This document shows positions 1 to 14,398 of a DNA stretch of 64,000 bases, one piece after another. The first letter of the stretch is position 1. Every line of letters begins with the position of its first letter. The notes under the pieces are model-generated. The model saw nothing but the letters and a program-made list of their open reading frames with translations, was not told the DNA's origin and did no database searches. Origin of the DNA: Octopus sinensis. Taxonomy: Eukaryota. The stretch lies in NCBI RefSeq assembly GCF_006345805.1, contig NC_042997.1, positions 185,008,001-185,072,000 of the forward strand, in the 5' to 3' direction. The translations under genes and the position numbers were made by a program.

Positions 1-156
1 CTCATATACAGCCTAGATTGTATTCTACAAAAGAAGTCAAAATAAACTGATTAGCATGAATCCGTGAGGAGACATGTCATCTCCTCATTCTATCAACTGC
101 TATTACACTGGCCAGTGTTCTTTAGAGCTATCTGCACTCATGCTATCTCTATGCAA

Positions 157-567
157 ACCTATTTCTTTACTACCCACAAGGGGCTAAGCACAGAGAGGAC
201 AAATAAGGACAGACAAACGGATTAAGTCGATTATATCGACCCAAGTGCGTAACTGGTACTTATTTAATCGACCCCGAAAGGATGAAAGGCAAAGTCGACC
301 TCAGCGGAATTTGAACTCAGAACGTAGCGGCTGGCGAAATACCTATTTCTTTACTACCCACAAGGGGCTAAAAACAGGGGACAAACAAAGACAGACGGAC
401 GGATTAAGTCGATTACATCGACCCCAATGCGCAATTGGTACTTAATTTACCGACCCCGAAAGGATGAAAGGCAAAGTCGACCTCGGTGGAATTTGAACTC
501 AGAACGTAGGGGCAAACGAAATACCGCTAAGCATTTCGCCCGGCGTGCTAACGTTTCTGCCAGCTCT
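157..567 (-). mobile_element. tRNA-derived SINE family A, head-to-tail dimer (~184-bp repeat unit)
   Basis: Reverse complement of the head ggcgagctggcagaaacgttagcacg with B-box gagttcaaattcc and core ggtcgactttgcctttcatcctttcggggtcg. The tail motif acctatttctttac recurs at 157 and 341. Confidence 0.9.
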
Positions 568-1135
568 ACGCAAACCATTTATCTTTTTACCTCTGTACAC
601 CTATGCTGTGTCTGACCCGCAGCTCATTATTAATTCCATCATCCAGTCGACCTTTCCTAGAAGATTGATCTTCTGGATGACACTCTCCCAATATTTTAAC
701 TACAGCCATCAAATTTCAGCTTTTGTAAAAGAATATCCACTGGGTCAATCGCAATGGTCTGAGACGATCTGCGAAAGTCAGGAATACAAGACCGAAAAGA
801 AATGTTTAAGAAAGTGGAGAAGAACGAGTATTACTGGAATAAAATATCTTACAGTATTTAGTTTCACACCCCAGTGATCTATATAACTCCAACATATTTC
901 GAAAAAATTTATTAGCGTTGATTTCAAACCAATTATCATGCGCTGAGCACTTCTGCAGTGTCGTTAAACCTATTAAAACTGGAACCGAAATATCCTTCAA
1001 ATCGCACCGTACTAATAGGCTCAAATAAAGTATGCGTAGGGCAAAATTGTCAATAACATACACAAAATACTAGATTTATCTGCATGGAGAGTCTTTGGTT
1101 ATAGAACTACTGGATTGAACTACTGGATTTTAAAA

Positions 1136-1550
1136 GGCGGTGAGCTGGCAGAAACGTTAGCACGCCGGGCGAAATACCTAGTGGTATTTCGTCTGCCGTT
1201 ACGTTCTGAGTTCAAATTCCGCCGAGGTCGACTTTGCCTTTTATCCTTTCGGGGTCGATTAAATAAGTACCAGTTACGCACTGGGGTCGATGTAATCGAC
1301 TTAATCCGTTTGTGTGTCCTTATTTGTCCTCTCTGTGTTTAGCTCCTTGTGGGTAGTAAAGAAATAGGTATTTCGTCTGCCGTTACATTCTGAGTTCAAA
1401 TTCCACCGAGGTCGACTTTGCCTTTCATCCTTTCGGGGTCGATAAATGAAGTACCAGTTACGCTCTGGGGTCGATGTAATCGACTTAATCCGTTTGTGTG
1501 TCCTTGTTTGTCCCCACTGTGTGTAGCCCCTTGTGGGCAGTAAAGACATA
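1136..1550 (+). mobile_element. SINE family A dimer
   Basis: Head at 1136; second unit restarts at ggtatttcgtctg (~1368); tail ...gggcagtaaagacata. Confidence 0.9.
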
Positions 1551-2119
1551 AGAATTACTGGATTGAGGCTAACATGGAAATAAACCGCAGCATCAGTAGC
1601 AACGCCTCGACCACAACCACCAGCAAGATCAAGAACAGCAGCAGCAATATTGAAAACATTAGAATATAATTGTCATTAGTTCATACATAACAAATTAATA
1701 CTGATTCATAATGCTACAATGACAAATTGAACACAACAATGATATTCAATCGATTATCTAATATACCATATCATAATCCAAATACCTCTCAATATGGATC
1801 AAGTACTGTCAATGTCTTCCTCTCTTTCTCGTTTCTCTGCCTCTCAGTTTTACGTAACCCGGCAACAACAATGTCTTCGTACATTAACTTTCATTAAATT
1901 TCCTATGCAAATACCAGCAGTCGTGTCGGTTTAGAATTCTCGAAGCGTTGCTGCTTGTTTACACTTTGTATGTGTGGGGTCACTCTCAAGGGAAAGATAA
2001 ACTTACCATTCATTCACAAATATACAAATAGCACAAACCTACTTTACAGAGTAAATGGAAGTTTGAAGAATATATACATAGATTGGCAAACATGCATGGA
2101 CATAACCATACAGGCACAT

Positions 2120-2690
<571 letters not shown>

Positions 2691-3857
2691 ATAGGTAATA
2701 CATGCATATGTACATATATAGTTATTTTGTGTGTGTTTACAGGAAATGCGTGTGCTGATATGAATGAAAACCAAGCGGAAACAACACAAGACAAAACATA
2801 CAGTAATATGAGTAATATCAGGAACAATAACTGAAAGAACAACTGACGTGACCCCCAAATAAACAATACTACTTTACGAAGCACATTTGAGGACGAGTAA
2901 AAGCCAACATGTGTTACATTGTATAAGACCACACACTTTGGCAGCGAGGAGTAGCAATCGGGTATGTTGCTTTTAGTGAAGGGTCAAATCAAATCCAACG
3001 TCTCCTCTAGCGTCACCATCTACACCTTGGGCAGAGAAGAGTTTAATGGAGCGCATTTCGATGGAGGAATTTCGACAAAGATTCTGATTAAAAAATAAAT
3101 CATTATTTATATTTCCTATTGCATTTTTTTTTTTGCGATAGGAAACATATTTGATCTCGCATAGTTTTATGAAATCTACAATTTCCAATGCATGCATAAA
3201 TATATTTTACAAGTTGGAAAATAGCTTTTACCGGGGTTTGGTAGAAGGCAGAAGACGAAGGAAACTTCTCTCAATGTCTAAGTATCAGGCATTATGGAGG
3301 TCCAACAACTTATCAGCACTTCGAGGGCTGGCTGATATTTTTGCATACTGGTCCATGTACAACCTCGAACTACCGGCCGATTTACTCCCGTTGGTTGAAA
3401 TAATGGCCACAGCTTCCATCAGTCACAGATTTTGTCTCCGTTTTCACCAACAGTCCTAGGAATCCTGCTAAGGTCAGGAACGTCTCCCTTTATTCTTTGA
3501 CTGAAGCACATAAAAACGCATTTGTCTGCTACTATATTTTTAAGATGCCGGAAGCACAAACGTGTAACTATAAATCAGTTGTTTTCGAAGTATGAGCATA
3601 AGGTAACGTAACTCAATACTCAAGGCATTTCATTCGTGGTTCAATCGATTCCGATATCTTACACATTGGAAGTGTAAACATTGGATAAAAGCTGATGTAC
3701 GTGCAAGACAAGATTTTAACACGTAGATTTCCACATAAATAAATTCTCTGGCAAGCCTATGCACGACTTCTGCTTTTCCCATCTTTAACTGTTTACAAAA
3801 TTGTGTGTGTCTGTGAGAGTGTTCCACGTTTGTATGTATGCTGAAGTTACGAAAGAA

Positions 3858-3896
<39 letters not shown>

Positions 3897-3933
3897 TTAT
3901 ATATATATATATACTATAATTATATATATATAT

Positions 3934-3967
<34 letters not shown>

Positions 3968-4187
3968 TACTATAATTATATATATATATATATATATATG
4001 CAGAGAGAAAGAGAGAGAGCGATAGATAGATATAGACACATATATGTACAAACACACATACACGTACACTCAAATACAAACACACACACACATACATATA
4101 TATTTACATATATATATATATTATATATATATTATATATATATATATAATATATATATATATATTATATATATATTATATATATATG

Positions 4188-4427
4188 TCGTTGCTATTAT
4201 TCAAAAATGATGTAAGTCCCAAAAGTTGCCTTTTCAGGAAAAGAAAAATAGCTTCACTATTCCATAGCAAAACCGTTGTACAACACTTTGACAATTTTTG
4301 ATATTTTGGCATCTGAAGCAGCTGGAGATACGATAGTTTGACAAAAAGAACCGTCTACTGCAAGCAAAAATAGATTTTGCAAACAACGCAAATTTGGACA
4401 TACGACAGTTTAATATAATAGCAACGA
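4188..4427. mobile_element. Small TIR element (MITE-like) inserted in (TA)n
   Basis: tcgttgctattat at the left end and ataatagcaacga at the right end; weaker subterminal inverted similarity; (TA)n on both sides. Confidence 0.55.
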
Positions 4428-5639
4428 TATATATATATATATACATATACTCACACGTATGCACATAAACGTGAGACGCGTATTGAATAGCCAACTATGT
4501 TGATCCATTTTTTCTGTTCATATTTTCGAATGATTTCTCTGCAGTTAATATTTTGGGACTTTCATAGCCTCTTAATGAGGATATTATGATTTAGTGTATG
4601 ATGTTATCTCTATAAAATAGGCAGGGCCAACCTGATTGGCGGAGCCAATTCCACAAGAATTTCGATCTTGACTGTTAGATTTATATACATTCAGACTGGT
4701 GACTGTGCTATTTTATCTAATTTTTTTGAATACAATAGGTTGGCTACGTGTATATTTTAGAAATATATTGTACCTTGAGTATATCTTGCGTATACTAGTT
4801 ATTGCGTATACTAAAGTATATTAATGCTTTACTTATGTTTAGAATTCTATATAGGATTGATATGTTGTCACAGATATAAAATCTACTGACAACGTATAAT
4901 TATGATAAAAGTCAAAATTTACATTCGGACAGTTATGTTTACAACTATCACACTGGGCCTGTCTATAATAAAGAGGCAATACTCGCCAAAACCACCGCAT
5001 TCTCAAGATGAGACTTCGATGGTCAGAAAGCGTTATTCGCAAGGACCTCAAGCAAAAGTATTAAAATCCTTAATGAAAACAATAAAATCAGAACACGTTC
5101 TTTTTATCCAATGCAACAGACATGGACAAATACACATACAAACTCTTATAAACATACCCGCAGACGCAGACGCACATAAATATACAATGGGCTCTGGTAC
5201 ATAACTTTCGCAAATAGAAGAGGACACGACGACTCTTCTACGACTCTGTCGAAATTTCCGAATAGGTGCTTGCAATCGTGTTGTAATGAGGCTGCGTGAA
5301 TCTACTGCACCGTTGAAGAAAATATCTGTTACTACAACGAGCATACTCTGATAGTTTGATCGTTCCTTAAACCAATTAAATCTATCTAAGCCTCATTATT
5401 TAAGCGACGCTTCCGAAGTGTTAATCGCATGAAAGACAAATCTCTTCCGATTAATGTTAGGCTCTTGCTGTTAAATTGCTCTCTAATTCCTATTTCCTAG
5501 TAACCAAGAATTATTGACAGTAACGAAAGCGGAAGAAGGTAAATGAAATCGTCTGTCTTGGTTCAGTGGATATCTACTCAACATAGGTATCCCAGCACAT
5601 GATACTTAAGTTCAATCCCTTCAGCAGATTTGAACTTAG

Positions 5640-6068
5640 GTCTCATGAGCTGGGATTAATCTGAATTCTTGCCTCAAGGCTGGTAACTTACTTGCACTTG
5701 TATTTGTGGCGACATTCATCCTGGGCAGGTTGAGTCGGCTTCTTCTATTGGAAGAAGTTTCGTTGGAATATGTGGATTTCACAAGCGGTCCCCAACAATA
5801 CCGCATGTAGAGACATCGTGTTTGCCGCAGATTGTCCGCAGACGCAGGGACAGAACGACCGAGGAGCCGCCGGTTACCGAAGCGGACACTGCGAGGATTT
5901 TCACCAGAACCCCGTCTGCCGGGTTGTGGCCCTAATACCACTCGGTGTCAGACCAAGCTGCTTTAGGTGGCCCTACCAGGAACCGAAGTTCCCGACGGCA
6001 TAGCTCTGACACCACCTATTGCCAGCATCCCCACCACGGTGAGGAGGGGATGGACTTTGGGCTGGTAA
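5640..6068 (-). mobile_element. GC-rich fragment, possibly the 5' UTR of an RTE-type LINE
   Basis: GC-rich island in AT-rich DNA; minus-strand ggtagggccacc motif recalls RTE 5' UTRs; no recognisable protein domain. Confidence 0.3.
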
Positions 6069-6851
6069 GATAATTATATTCTCTTAAGTTTACAAATATA
6101 TTTTCTTAAGTTTACAAATAACCATATTGCCCTTAAGTATTTTAGTTAACATTAAGATAGATTTTTAATACAATCATTGATTACACTCTGAATATAATAA
6201 AATAAGTTTAAATTCAGTTTAGTAAGTGTGGAATGAAATATTTTTCATTTAAAGTTTTGACAATAGACACGAAATACTCTCAAACAAACTACTTGCCATT
6301 CGTAATGACTTCTTCGAATGGAATCTCTTTTTCGCATATAAAGAAGATCGATAAAATATATACGTGCAAATCTAGAATAATATGAGAAAATATCAAACGT
6401 CTTAAGTAGCTTTTTTCCGCTGAATGTTCTGCTTGAAAATTCTCTCAGAAGTGTCCTGCTTCTTTTGAGATTCGCATTGAAGTTTTAGCGGAAGGACACG
6501 AAAAGGAAAGAAAAGAGAGTTTTTGTATCTAAGCAACCTTATAAATGCAATCTATTTACACGAAATTCAAGACTAACATATCTTCTGGAATAAATTAATA
6601 CCTAAGTACGCTATAAATTTCCTCGCCAGTAGCATTTGCGGTTTACAAACAGTACGCCATTACTTTCCTTCTCACTGCAGCACTTGTAAGCCATTTTTCA
6701 AGCGTAGTGGTTCCAACATTAAAACATGGTTTATTATTTATTTGTTTTTGCCTATCTTAAATAGAGGAAAAAAATATTAATGTATAATGCAGGAAATTTA
6801 TATAAAGAAGATAGATTCATTAAATAAATCATTGCACAAGAAAAGGTAACA

Positions 6852-6888
<37 letters not shown>

Positions 6889-7311
6889 TAATAATAATAA
6901 AATAAATAAATGAAATTAAATACTATTTCTAGAAAGAAAAATATCCATATACATAGAAACTTTCCTATAACATCGAATGACAATATTTATATATTATATT
7001 TATTTAACTCGGTGGTGACTAGTAATAAAATGATAGAGAAATGGGAATATGATAGAAAAATTATGAGAATAAATAAGTGAACTCATTACTTGGGAATATC
7101 AATCATCTAGTGTACACATTAGAATTCTTACGCAGGAAAAGAGAGAAATATACGTTTATATTAGTATATTATTTATGTGTGGGTTTTTTTTCCTTCAAAT
7201 TTGAGCATCTGAAAATTCGGCTAGTATACAGTTATTAAATGTTTGGGATTAAGTTCAAATCCTAACTTAAGCATTGGCGGGGTTTTATATATACAGACAC
7301 ACATACGCACT

Positions 7312-7314
<3 letters not shown>

Positions 7315-7391
<77 letters not shown>
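7315..7391. repeat. (GA)n microsatellite
   Basis: Directly visible. Confidence 0.95.
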
Positions 7392-7397
<6 letters not shown>

Positions 7398-7577
7398 AGA
7401 ATTTTCTAGACAAGTAGTAAAAGCGTTACAAAGAATTTTGACTGTGAAAATTCGTATATTTACAAAACGTGAACAAAGGGAAAACAACAAGTAATGAAAA
7501 TGTTTCAAGCAACACAGACACACACACACACACACACACAATTATTCCTGAGAGCAAAACTGCTGAGTTTTCTAATT

Positions 7578-8001
7578 TATTACTCTTCTTACTCTTTTAC
7601 TCTGTTACTTGTTTCAGTTATTTGACTGTGACCATGCTGGAGTACCGCCTTTAGTTGAGCAAATAGACCCCCAGGACTTATTCTTTGTAAACCCAGTACT
7701 TATTTTATTGGTCTCCTTTGCCGAACCGCTAACTTACGGGGATGTAAACACACCAGCATCAGTTATCAAGCGATGTTGGGGTGGGGGACAAACACAGACA
7801 TAAAAACATACACACACATACATATATATATACATATATACAATGAGCTTCTTTCAGTTTATGTCTACCAAATCCACTCACAAGGCTTTGGTCGGCCCGA
7901 GGCTATAGTAGAAGACACTTGCCTAAGGTGCCACGTAGTGGGACTGAACCCGGAACCAAGTGGTTAGTAAGCAAACTACTTACCACAGAGCCACTCCTGC
8001 C
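7578..8001 (-). mobile_element. tRNA-derived SINE family B (CORE-like cttgggcaagtgtctt, internal microsatellite)
   Basis: Reverse complement of the copy at 25432-25833 (ggagtggctgtgtggtaag...gttcagtccc...aagagtaaaagag). Confidence 0.85.
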
Positions 8002-8626
8002 TATTGTTAATGTTTTAAACATTTCGTCACGTAAATGGCACATTTCAATACTATAATATTAGTGTGCATGCTGCTTGTAATGCACTTCGTCGTGCTTAGA
8101 TTATTATCTATATTCGTGCCGTTGGCCCTTATTGAGTTATTTCCCTTCGCTGATTTTTTTTTTTTATAAAATGAAATATCTCCGAAAAAGCTCTTTTTCA
8201 ACTTGTAAAAATTCTCTATCCATAGACCAATGTATGTTTCATAAAACTGTGAATCTCTGTTGAGGTTAAATACGACTTAAAATTAAGACCTCAAGCATGA
8301 CTAATAACCTGTCTCTTATTTCTTTTCTGTCTTCGTAGCTTAGCTTTGCGAGCAAATACTTACGACCAGCTTCTGTTGCAGGCTTGCTGATGCCGGTGAT
8401 TCCAGTTTTAGAGACACAGGCAGACCACATCTAGTGTACACATCAGTATTCTTACGCAGAAAAAGAGAGAAGTATACGTTTATATTAACTATATTACGTG
8501 ATTTTGTCCCTTCAAATTTGAGCATCTAAAATTCGAATGGTATACATTTATTAAATGTTTGGGATTGAGTTCAAATCGTAGCTAAAGGTTTAAACTGCTT
8601 AGTGAAGTAGGTTAGTCGTAGTGTCC

Positions 8627-8863
8627 TCATTTTAACCCCCCTTTTTCTCTTATCTGTAAGCATGTTCTGCTGGTGTCTTCAAAGGAGTCAGTTGCCCAGT
8701 GGACAGTGAGACACCAAGCTTCATGTTTAGCGGTATGAACTGAACACTGATAGTGATCAGTGTGGCAAGCATCAAGTAACTTCTTCAGGGAATTCTTATG
8801 TTTCGTCTTTGGTGCTCCTCTATCACGATGATCTGAGTGAAATTCACTATACAGAACACCCAA
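8627..8863 (-). pseudogene. RTE-clade LINE C-terminal fragment
   Basis: Translation LYSEFH..RDRGAPKTKHKNSLKKLLDACH...EAWCLTVH..TDSFEDTSR matches the RTE ORF tail (LYGEL..GKR.RG.P..R.KD.LK..L). Confidence 0.75.
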
Positions 8864-8866
8864 ATA

Positions 8867-9432
8867 TTGGGTTGTCAGGAAAGTTCGTGCCGATTTATAG
8901 TAGCTTATCTTTCGACTTATTTTAGCACATAGTTGAGTCCGGAAAATAGGATTTGACTACACCTCAATTTAGAGGACAGTTTAAGATATCTTTTCGTGGA
9001 ACAAAGTTTATGCTCCTATAACCTGTGTTAATTTTGTAACCCTTTAAAATGGAAGAGAAGAAAGTTCATTTTCGGAACTTGATTCTTTGGGAACCAGACA
9101 AAAATTGCTGCAGCTCGGCTAGGATGTGTTACACCACCCTCCATATTCACCAGATATTGCTCCTTCGGGTTTCCCCTTGTTCAGGTCTCTGCAGAATAGT
9201 CTAAATGGTAAAAATTTCAGTTCCTTGGATGACGTAAAAAGATACCTTGATGAATTCTTTGCCATGAAATCACCTCAATTCTGGGAAGAGGGTATTTTCA
9301 AATTAAAGGAAAGAAGGAGACGCATTGTGAAAGAAAATGTTTTGCATTTGATTGATTAAAAATGTAATGGCAAGGATTTATTGACCCTTTTCTTTCCTTT
9401 AAAAATCGGCACGAACTTTCCGGACAACCCAA
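8867..9432 (+). mobile_element. Internally deleted mariner transposon
   Basis: TIRs ttgggttgtcaggaaagttcgtgccgattt / aaatcggcacgaactttccggacaacccaa with TA on both sides. ORF 9126-9359 has HPPYSPDIAPSGFPLF (YSPDLAPSD motif with the catalytic D changed to G). Confidence 0.92.
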
Positions 9433-10495
9433 TATATTGACTCTCTGCGTACTAAGAAAGATAATATTTTCTCCTTTGTATGAAAATGTAATTTTCAGTA
9501 ATATTTATTCTCAATTTATTGAAACTTCTCTTTTCAATGGGAATTACATCAAGTGTCCTTAGTTTCTTAGTTTTTGGTTTGCTTCTTCAAACCCAAGGCA
9601 AATATTAGTTCATTTAATTTTTTTCACACGTCACTCAGTACATCACCACTAACCGGATTTATCAAAGTTTGTATAGTTTGCACACTGAAGTTATGTCCCT
9701 TAGGTCTCTTCCTGAATACGCACGCCTCTGTGCGCGCGCACACACATACACATAATGCTGTTGTGTATGTGTTTATATGCATCACACTATATATAAAGAT
9801 AAACACAAGGGGATACATACCCACGGGTATTTGTGTATATATGTGTCTTCGCGCACCCACATACAAACGAACATACATACATACATACGTACAGAGGCAC
9901 ATACAGAACGTTTATACTCTACATATCAAGTACCCCTGCGGCTTGAAAAACAGAAAATATGTGACAGAATAGATAAGAATAAGATGAGTCTACATCCTTC
10001 CCACCACAAACACACACGAACACGAACACACTCACACAAAGACACAAGCTACCACCACATGTATTTATTTTATCTATACTTACGCTTTCGTCCTAATAAT
10101 TCCTGCACTTTTGTTTTCAAATGCTTATCGTTTTCTTTGGCCTGTATTTATTTATCTCTTTTCAACCATTTCTTTTAATGTAATATTTTGCCTGCGGTAA
10201 GAAATAATTTTACTAGCATGATCAGATTATGTACTTTTCTCCATAAGTCTGTTTACGAAACCTCTTTTTTCAAAGAGTTTAGTTCACAATTCCCACAGTG
10301 GTCTGCTTTCGTGTACTGAACTACGCAATCTAACAAACAACTGCAGCCGAAAACAAGAGAAAATTAAATACTGTAATCTCGCGTAGATAAGAAACTAGTG
10401 AAATTAATCTAGAATTTTTTTCACAAATTCTTATATATAGATATTAGCATTGTTGTGATATATATATTTCATAAAAGTTATATAAGTACTAACAC

Positions 10496-10556
<61 letters not shown>

Positions 10557-10711
10557 AAAATTTAGAGGACTGACCACTAAAAGTAGACAGCTTTAGTCCT
10601 CTAAATTTTGTATGTAAATCAATTTTTAATCTTCGGATATTTTAAGATATGCTAAGCCACTGATTTTAATTGATTAATATCAATTTCTACCCTTATATAT
10701 ATATATATATA

Positions 10712-11718
10712 TATGATATGATATGACATGATATGATGGCCGTCCACTGGTGTCCGAGGAACACCGTTGCTGACCTTCAGGAACATTGTGCGCTCTAGAA
10801 CTAATTTATATTTTGCATTTGTGACTCTGTTGGTGGCTAATGAGCCCTGCTCTTGACAAGCATACACGACTACAAATATTGCAGACCAAACTTTCCCCAT
10901 TCACTACGCCAGCAGTGCGCTTTCGAGCAGCACGCCTAAGTTCTTCGTGCAGAATACCTGCTCTCTCAAAAGTGTCGATCCCCTTCTTAACCTGCTTCCT
11001 CCATCTGTGGCGATGACAAGCATTGTTATCCCAATCAGTCCCCTGCATACCACATGCCCTTTAATGAGGACTTGACACAGTCTTTAAATCGCAGTCGTGG
11101 TTTCTGCCAAGGTCTCTTTCCATTCACAAGATCCTCCTACAGCATCTGCTTAGGGATCCTGCTATCCTTCATTCTAATACGTTGTCCAGTCCAACGTAAC
11201 CGGTGCTTGTGCACGATCGCCTCAATACTCAAGATATCAGCTGTCCTCAAGTCCTGTGTGTCTGGAGTTTTTAAGGTCCAGCCAACATTCAGAATGTGTC
11301 TGAGACATCTCTGATGAAAGCGTTCAAGGACCTTTCATGACCATTTTATTGCACTACTGGATGACATGCAAATGCTTATGAATTGTACTTCTGCTTCTTT
11401 CAAGGCATTTGCACTCAGCATTAGCCTGGAAAAGACTGTTGTAATGTTCCAACCTGCACCAGGAAATCTATATGTGGAACGAACTATCTTGGTTGAAGGA
11501 ACAATTCTGAAAGTGGTAGACAAGTTTGTCTACGTGGGCAGCACACTCAGCTGTTCTTGCTCCCTGGATGATGAAATATCTTTCAGGCTGCAGAGAGCAA
11601 CTGATTTCTTCCGGTCTCTTCAGTCTCGTGTCTGGTCCCAGCATGGCATCACAAAGCAAACAAAAATTGCTGTGTACCGTCAGGTGTACTGACATCACCC
11701 CTTTACTCATGTGAGACA
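10712..11718 (-). mobile_element. 5'-truncated RTE LINE with inverted 5' segment
   Basis: Minus part 11339->10712 encodes ERFHQRCLRHIL...RPWQKPRLRFKD...CNICSRVCLSRAGLISHQ and ends in an (ATCAT)n-like tail. Plus part 11340-11718 encodes the immediately upstream RT C-terminus (SISLEKTVVMFQP...FVYVGS...KIAVYR). Confidence 0.88.
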
Positions 11719-11835
11719 CACACACACACACATATATATAGTTAAAATAATTAGTAAAAAATTAATGAGTGCGTGCGTTACATATATAATATTTTCAGGA
11801 TTAAATAAAAAGACAAAAGGAAAGTATGACATATC

Positions 11836-11907
<72 letters not shown>

Positions 11908-11909
<2 letters not shown>

Positions 11910-12195
11910 ATTAAAAAAAGTGTAGTTAACAAACACACGAACATGTACCAAATACACAGACGACGGAAAGCACGGAACGTCACCAACTCCTTTAGTTATC
12001 AGCCAGAAGGTCAAACACAATTTCGGCCATTATCGATAATATTGCTTCCACCCTGGTCCCATTCCCAGTATGTTTTTTGCCAAAGTGGCCTCAATATTAT
12101 CGATAATGGCGGAAAGAGGAGTTGGTGATGTTCTGTGTTTTCCGTTCGTTTATGTATTTGGATTATGTTCGTGTGTTTGTTAACTACACCATTTT

Positions 12196-12201
<6 letters not shown>
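11908..12201. mobile_element. Imperfect fold-back element between microsatellites
   Basis: Outer arms gtgtagttaacaaacacacgaac...tcaccaactcct / aggagttggtga...gttcgtgtgtttgttaactacac; inner arms ccattatcgataatattg / caatattatcgataatgg. Confidence 0.8.
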
Positions 12202-12261
<60 letters not shown>

Positions 12262-14059
12262 TGTGTCATAATTTCCTTGCGTTGTCTTTTTATTTAATCC
12301 TGAATATATATATATATATAAATAACTTCATATTGTATAAATTATTTATATGAATGCTGCTCTCCAGTAAAGTTATTATGAAGACACTGCTGACACTGCA
12401 TATAGTACTCAGCTTGAATGTAAGATTGTAGGTAGTTTTTACGCAGTAATTCTCACGCTACAGGATATATCGTGGATGCTGCTGCAACATACAGTATATG
12501 ACCGAAATATTTCATTCAAATAATCCTGTTATATAATCAGTTTCTGAATTACTAGGATCAGTCTGGTAATTAGCAACTAAGGGATCTGGTTTAGACTTGA
12601 ATCACTACTGGGTATTCTGTCGGACCATCTGCTGTACTAATTGATTGATATGTGGTTTTGGCACAATATTTGAATAAAATCACTTTGTCAATTAGTGCAC
12701 TACTAATTACAACGTTAATTGTGATACAACTAGTGCAATAAAATAGTCTCTTCTTCATTGACGCGTTAGACTTACTTAGAATAACAGATTAATCTTTCCA
12801 ATCGTGGCTTAGAATCTACAATAATAGAAAGACATCCATTATTATACTTTTGTATATTGTGTCTAAAGTATAAAAACAATATCAAAATGGCTACAATAGG
12901 AATGAATTTGATAATAGGTCAGCTGGAACAGGTTTATTGTGGGACTAAATTTTTTTTTCTAAGTCCATTTCACCGAGTCTAGTCCACAAATGATATTTGC
13001 TTCATCAACTCTGAAAAGATGAAAGGTAAAGTCGACCATGGTGGGATTTGACGTCAGAAGTGATGACGGATGAAATGCCGCTAAGCATTTATCCGGGAGT
13101 GCTGACTGTTCTGCCGGCTCGCTGCCTTATATGGGACTTAATTATGCTTTCAGATTTTAGCACAAGGCCATCAAGTTCTGGGGAGGGGGTAGTCGTAAAC
13201 ATGGACACCAGTATTCAACTGATACTTATCGGATCCAAAGATACTGTCTAAAAGAGAAAAAATACCAAGATGGCTACCGTAGAAATGAATTTGATAGTAG
13301 GTGGGCCGAAACAAATTTAATGTGGAACTAAATAATGCTTTTAGATTTTGGTACAAGATAAGCAATTGCGGGGTGTGGGGTAAATCGATTTTATCAATGA
13401 GACGATCACACGCTACACACCTTCCTCCCAAGCACTGCTGTAAACAGATGAAGTAAGTTAGAACATTAAAACCTAATGTGCATGCACAACAGAGTTCAAG
13501 GTCAATCTGTCCCAAGCAGCTTCACTCTGATGGCTTCAGTTTCGTTACTATGGCAACAGTGCGGCTACTTATTGATCAGACCACATATACATTCAAATTT
13601 GGTTTGTATGACAGTATTTTTCTGGCAATGAATGTAAATGGATAATCTAAACTTTACTCATTAACTAAATTAACGAACACATTGAATTACGTCAGAAGTA
13701 CGACTTCAACTACTAGGACATAGTTCACTTTCATTCTAAACTCATTGTCTTTTAAAATCGCTGCGATTAATTAAGCCAAAACGCAATCAGCATACCAAAT
13801 AAAAGATAACTTGCTAATAACGTATTCAGTATGGCGAACATCAAATATTAGATAATTATGTAATGGCAAAAAGCATTGTTTTATCCATGTCCGATATTAT
13901 TTGAATAATTTCAGATGTGAGATAATTTCGGAGGCATTAGATCTCCTCAGCGAAGCATAGACATCACATGGCTTGCTCTCGTGGTGACGAATAAATCACT
14001 AAGTAGATATGTGTGCAATAATGTAGACGGGAAGGCATGATCAGTTTGCAGAATTTTTG

Positions 14060-14203
14060 TTTCTTTATTGCCCACAGGGCGCTAAACATAGAGGAGACAA
14101 AAAAGGTCAGACAAAGGGTTTAAGTCGATTAGATCGACCCCAGTGCGTAACTGGTACTTATTTAATCGACCCCGAAAGGATGAAAGGCAAAGTCGACCTC
14201 GGC
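14060..14203 (-). mobile_element. SINE family A, 5'-truncated
   Basis: Tail plus core only. Confidence 0.8.
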
Positions 14204-14398
14204 CACTGCCCTTAATTACTTAGACACACTGTAGTAATTGGTATAATGCCTTTCTTTTCTCATTACGTATTTATATTCTAATTGTAGGGTTTATGCGTAT
14301 TAAAATAATTAGACTACGTAGATACAAACACACCCTCACAGTCACTCAAACACAGAGTTATTCACACAAAAACACCTGTGTGCGCCCCATATATATAA

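Noticed and set aside
245-615. Recurrent 'MRNWYLIYRPRKDERQSRP' ORFs
   Set aside because: Antisense translation of the SINE A core, repeated with every copy.
3151-3459. ORF containing FYRGLVEGRRRR, similar to LINE C-termini
   Set aside because: Similarity limited to ~10 residues; too short to assign.
4902-5344. Non-repetitive ORFs of ~100 aa (also 41263, 42532, 59158-59480)
   Set aside because: No recognisable domain, no convincing splice pairs, and lengths within chance expectation.
6000-6068. Possible HDV-like ribozyme at the 5' end of the GC-rich fragment
   Set aside because: The catcccc/ggggatg stem forms a simple hairpin; the nested double pseudoknot could not be built.
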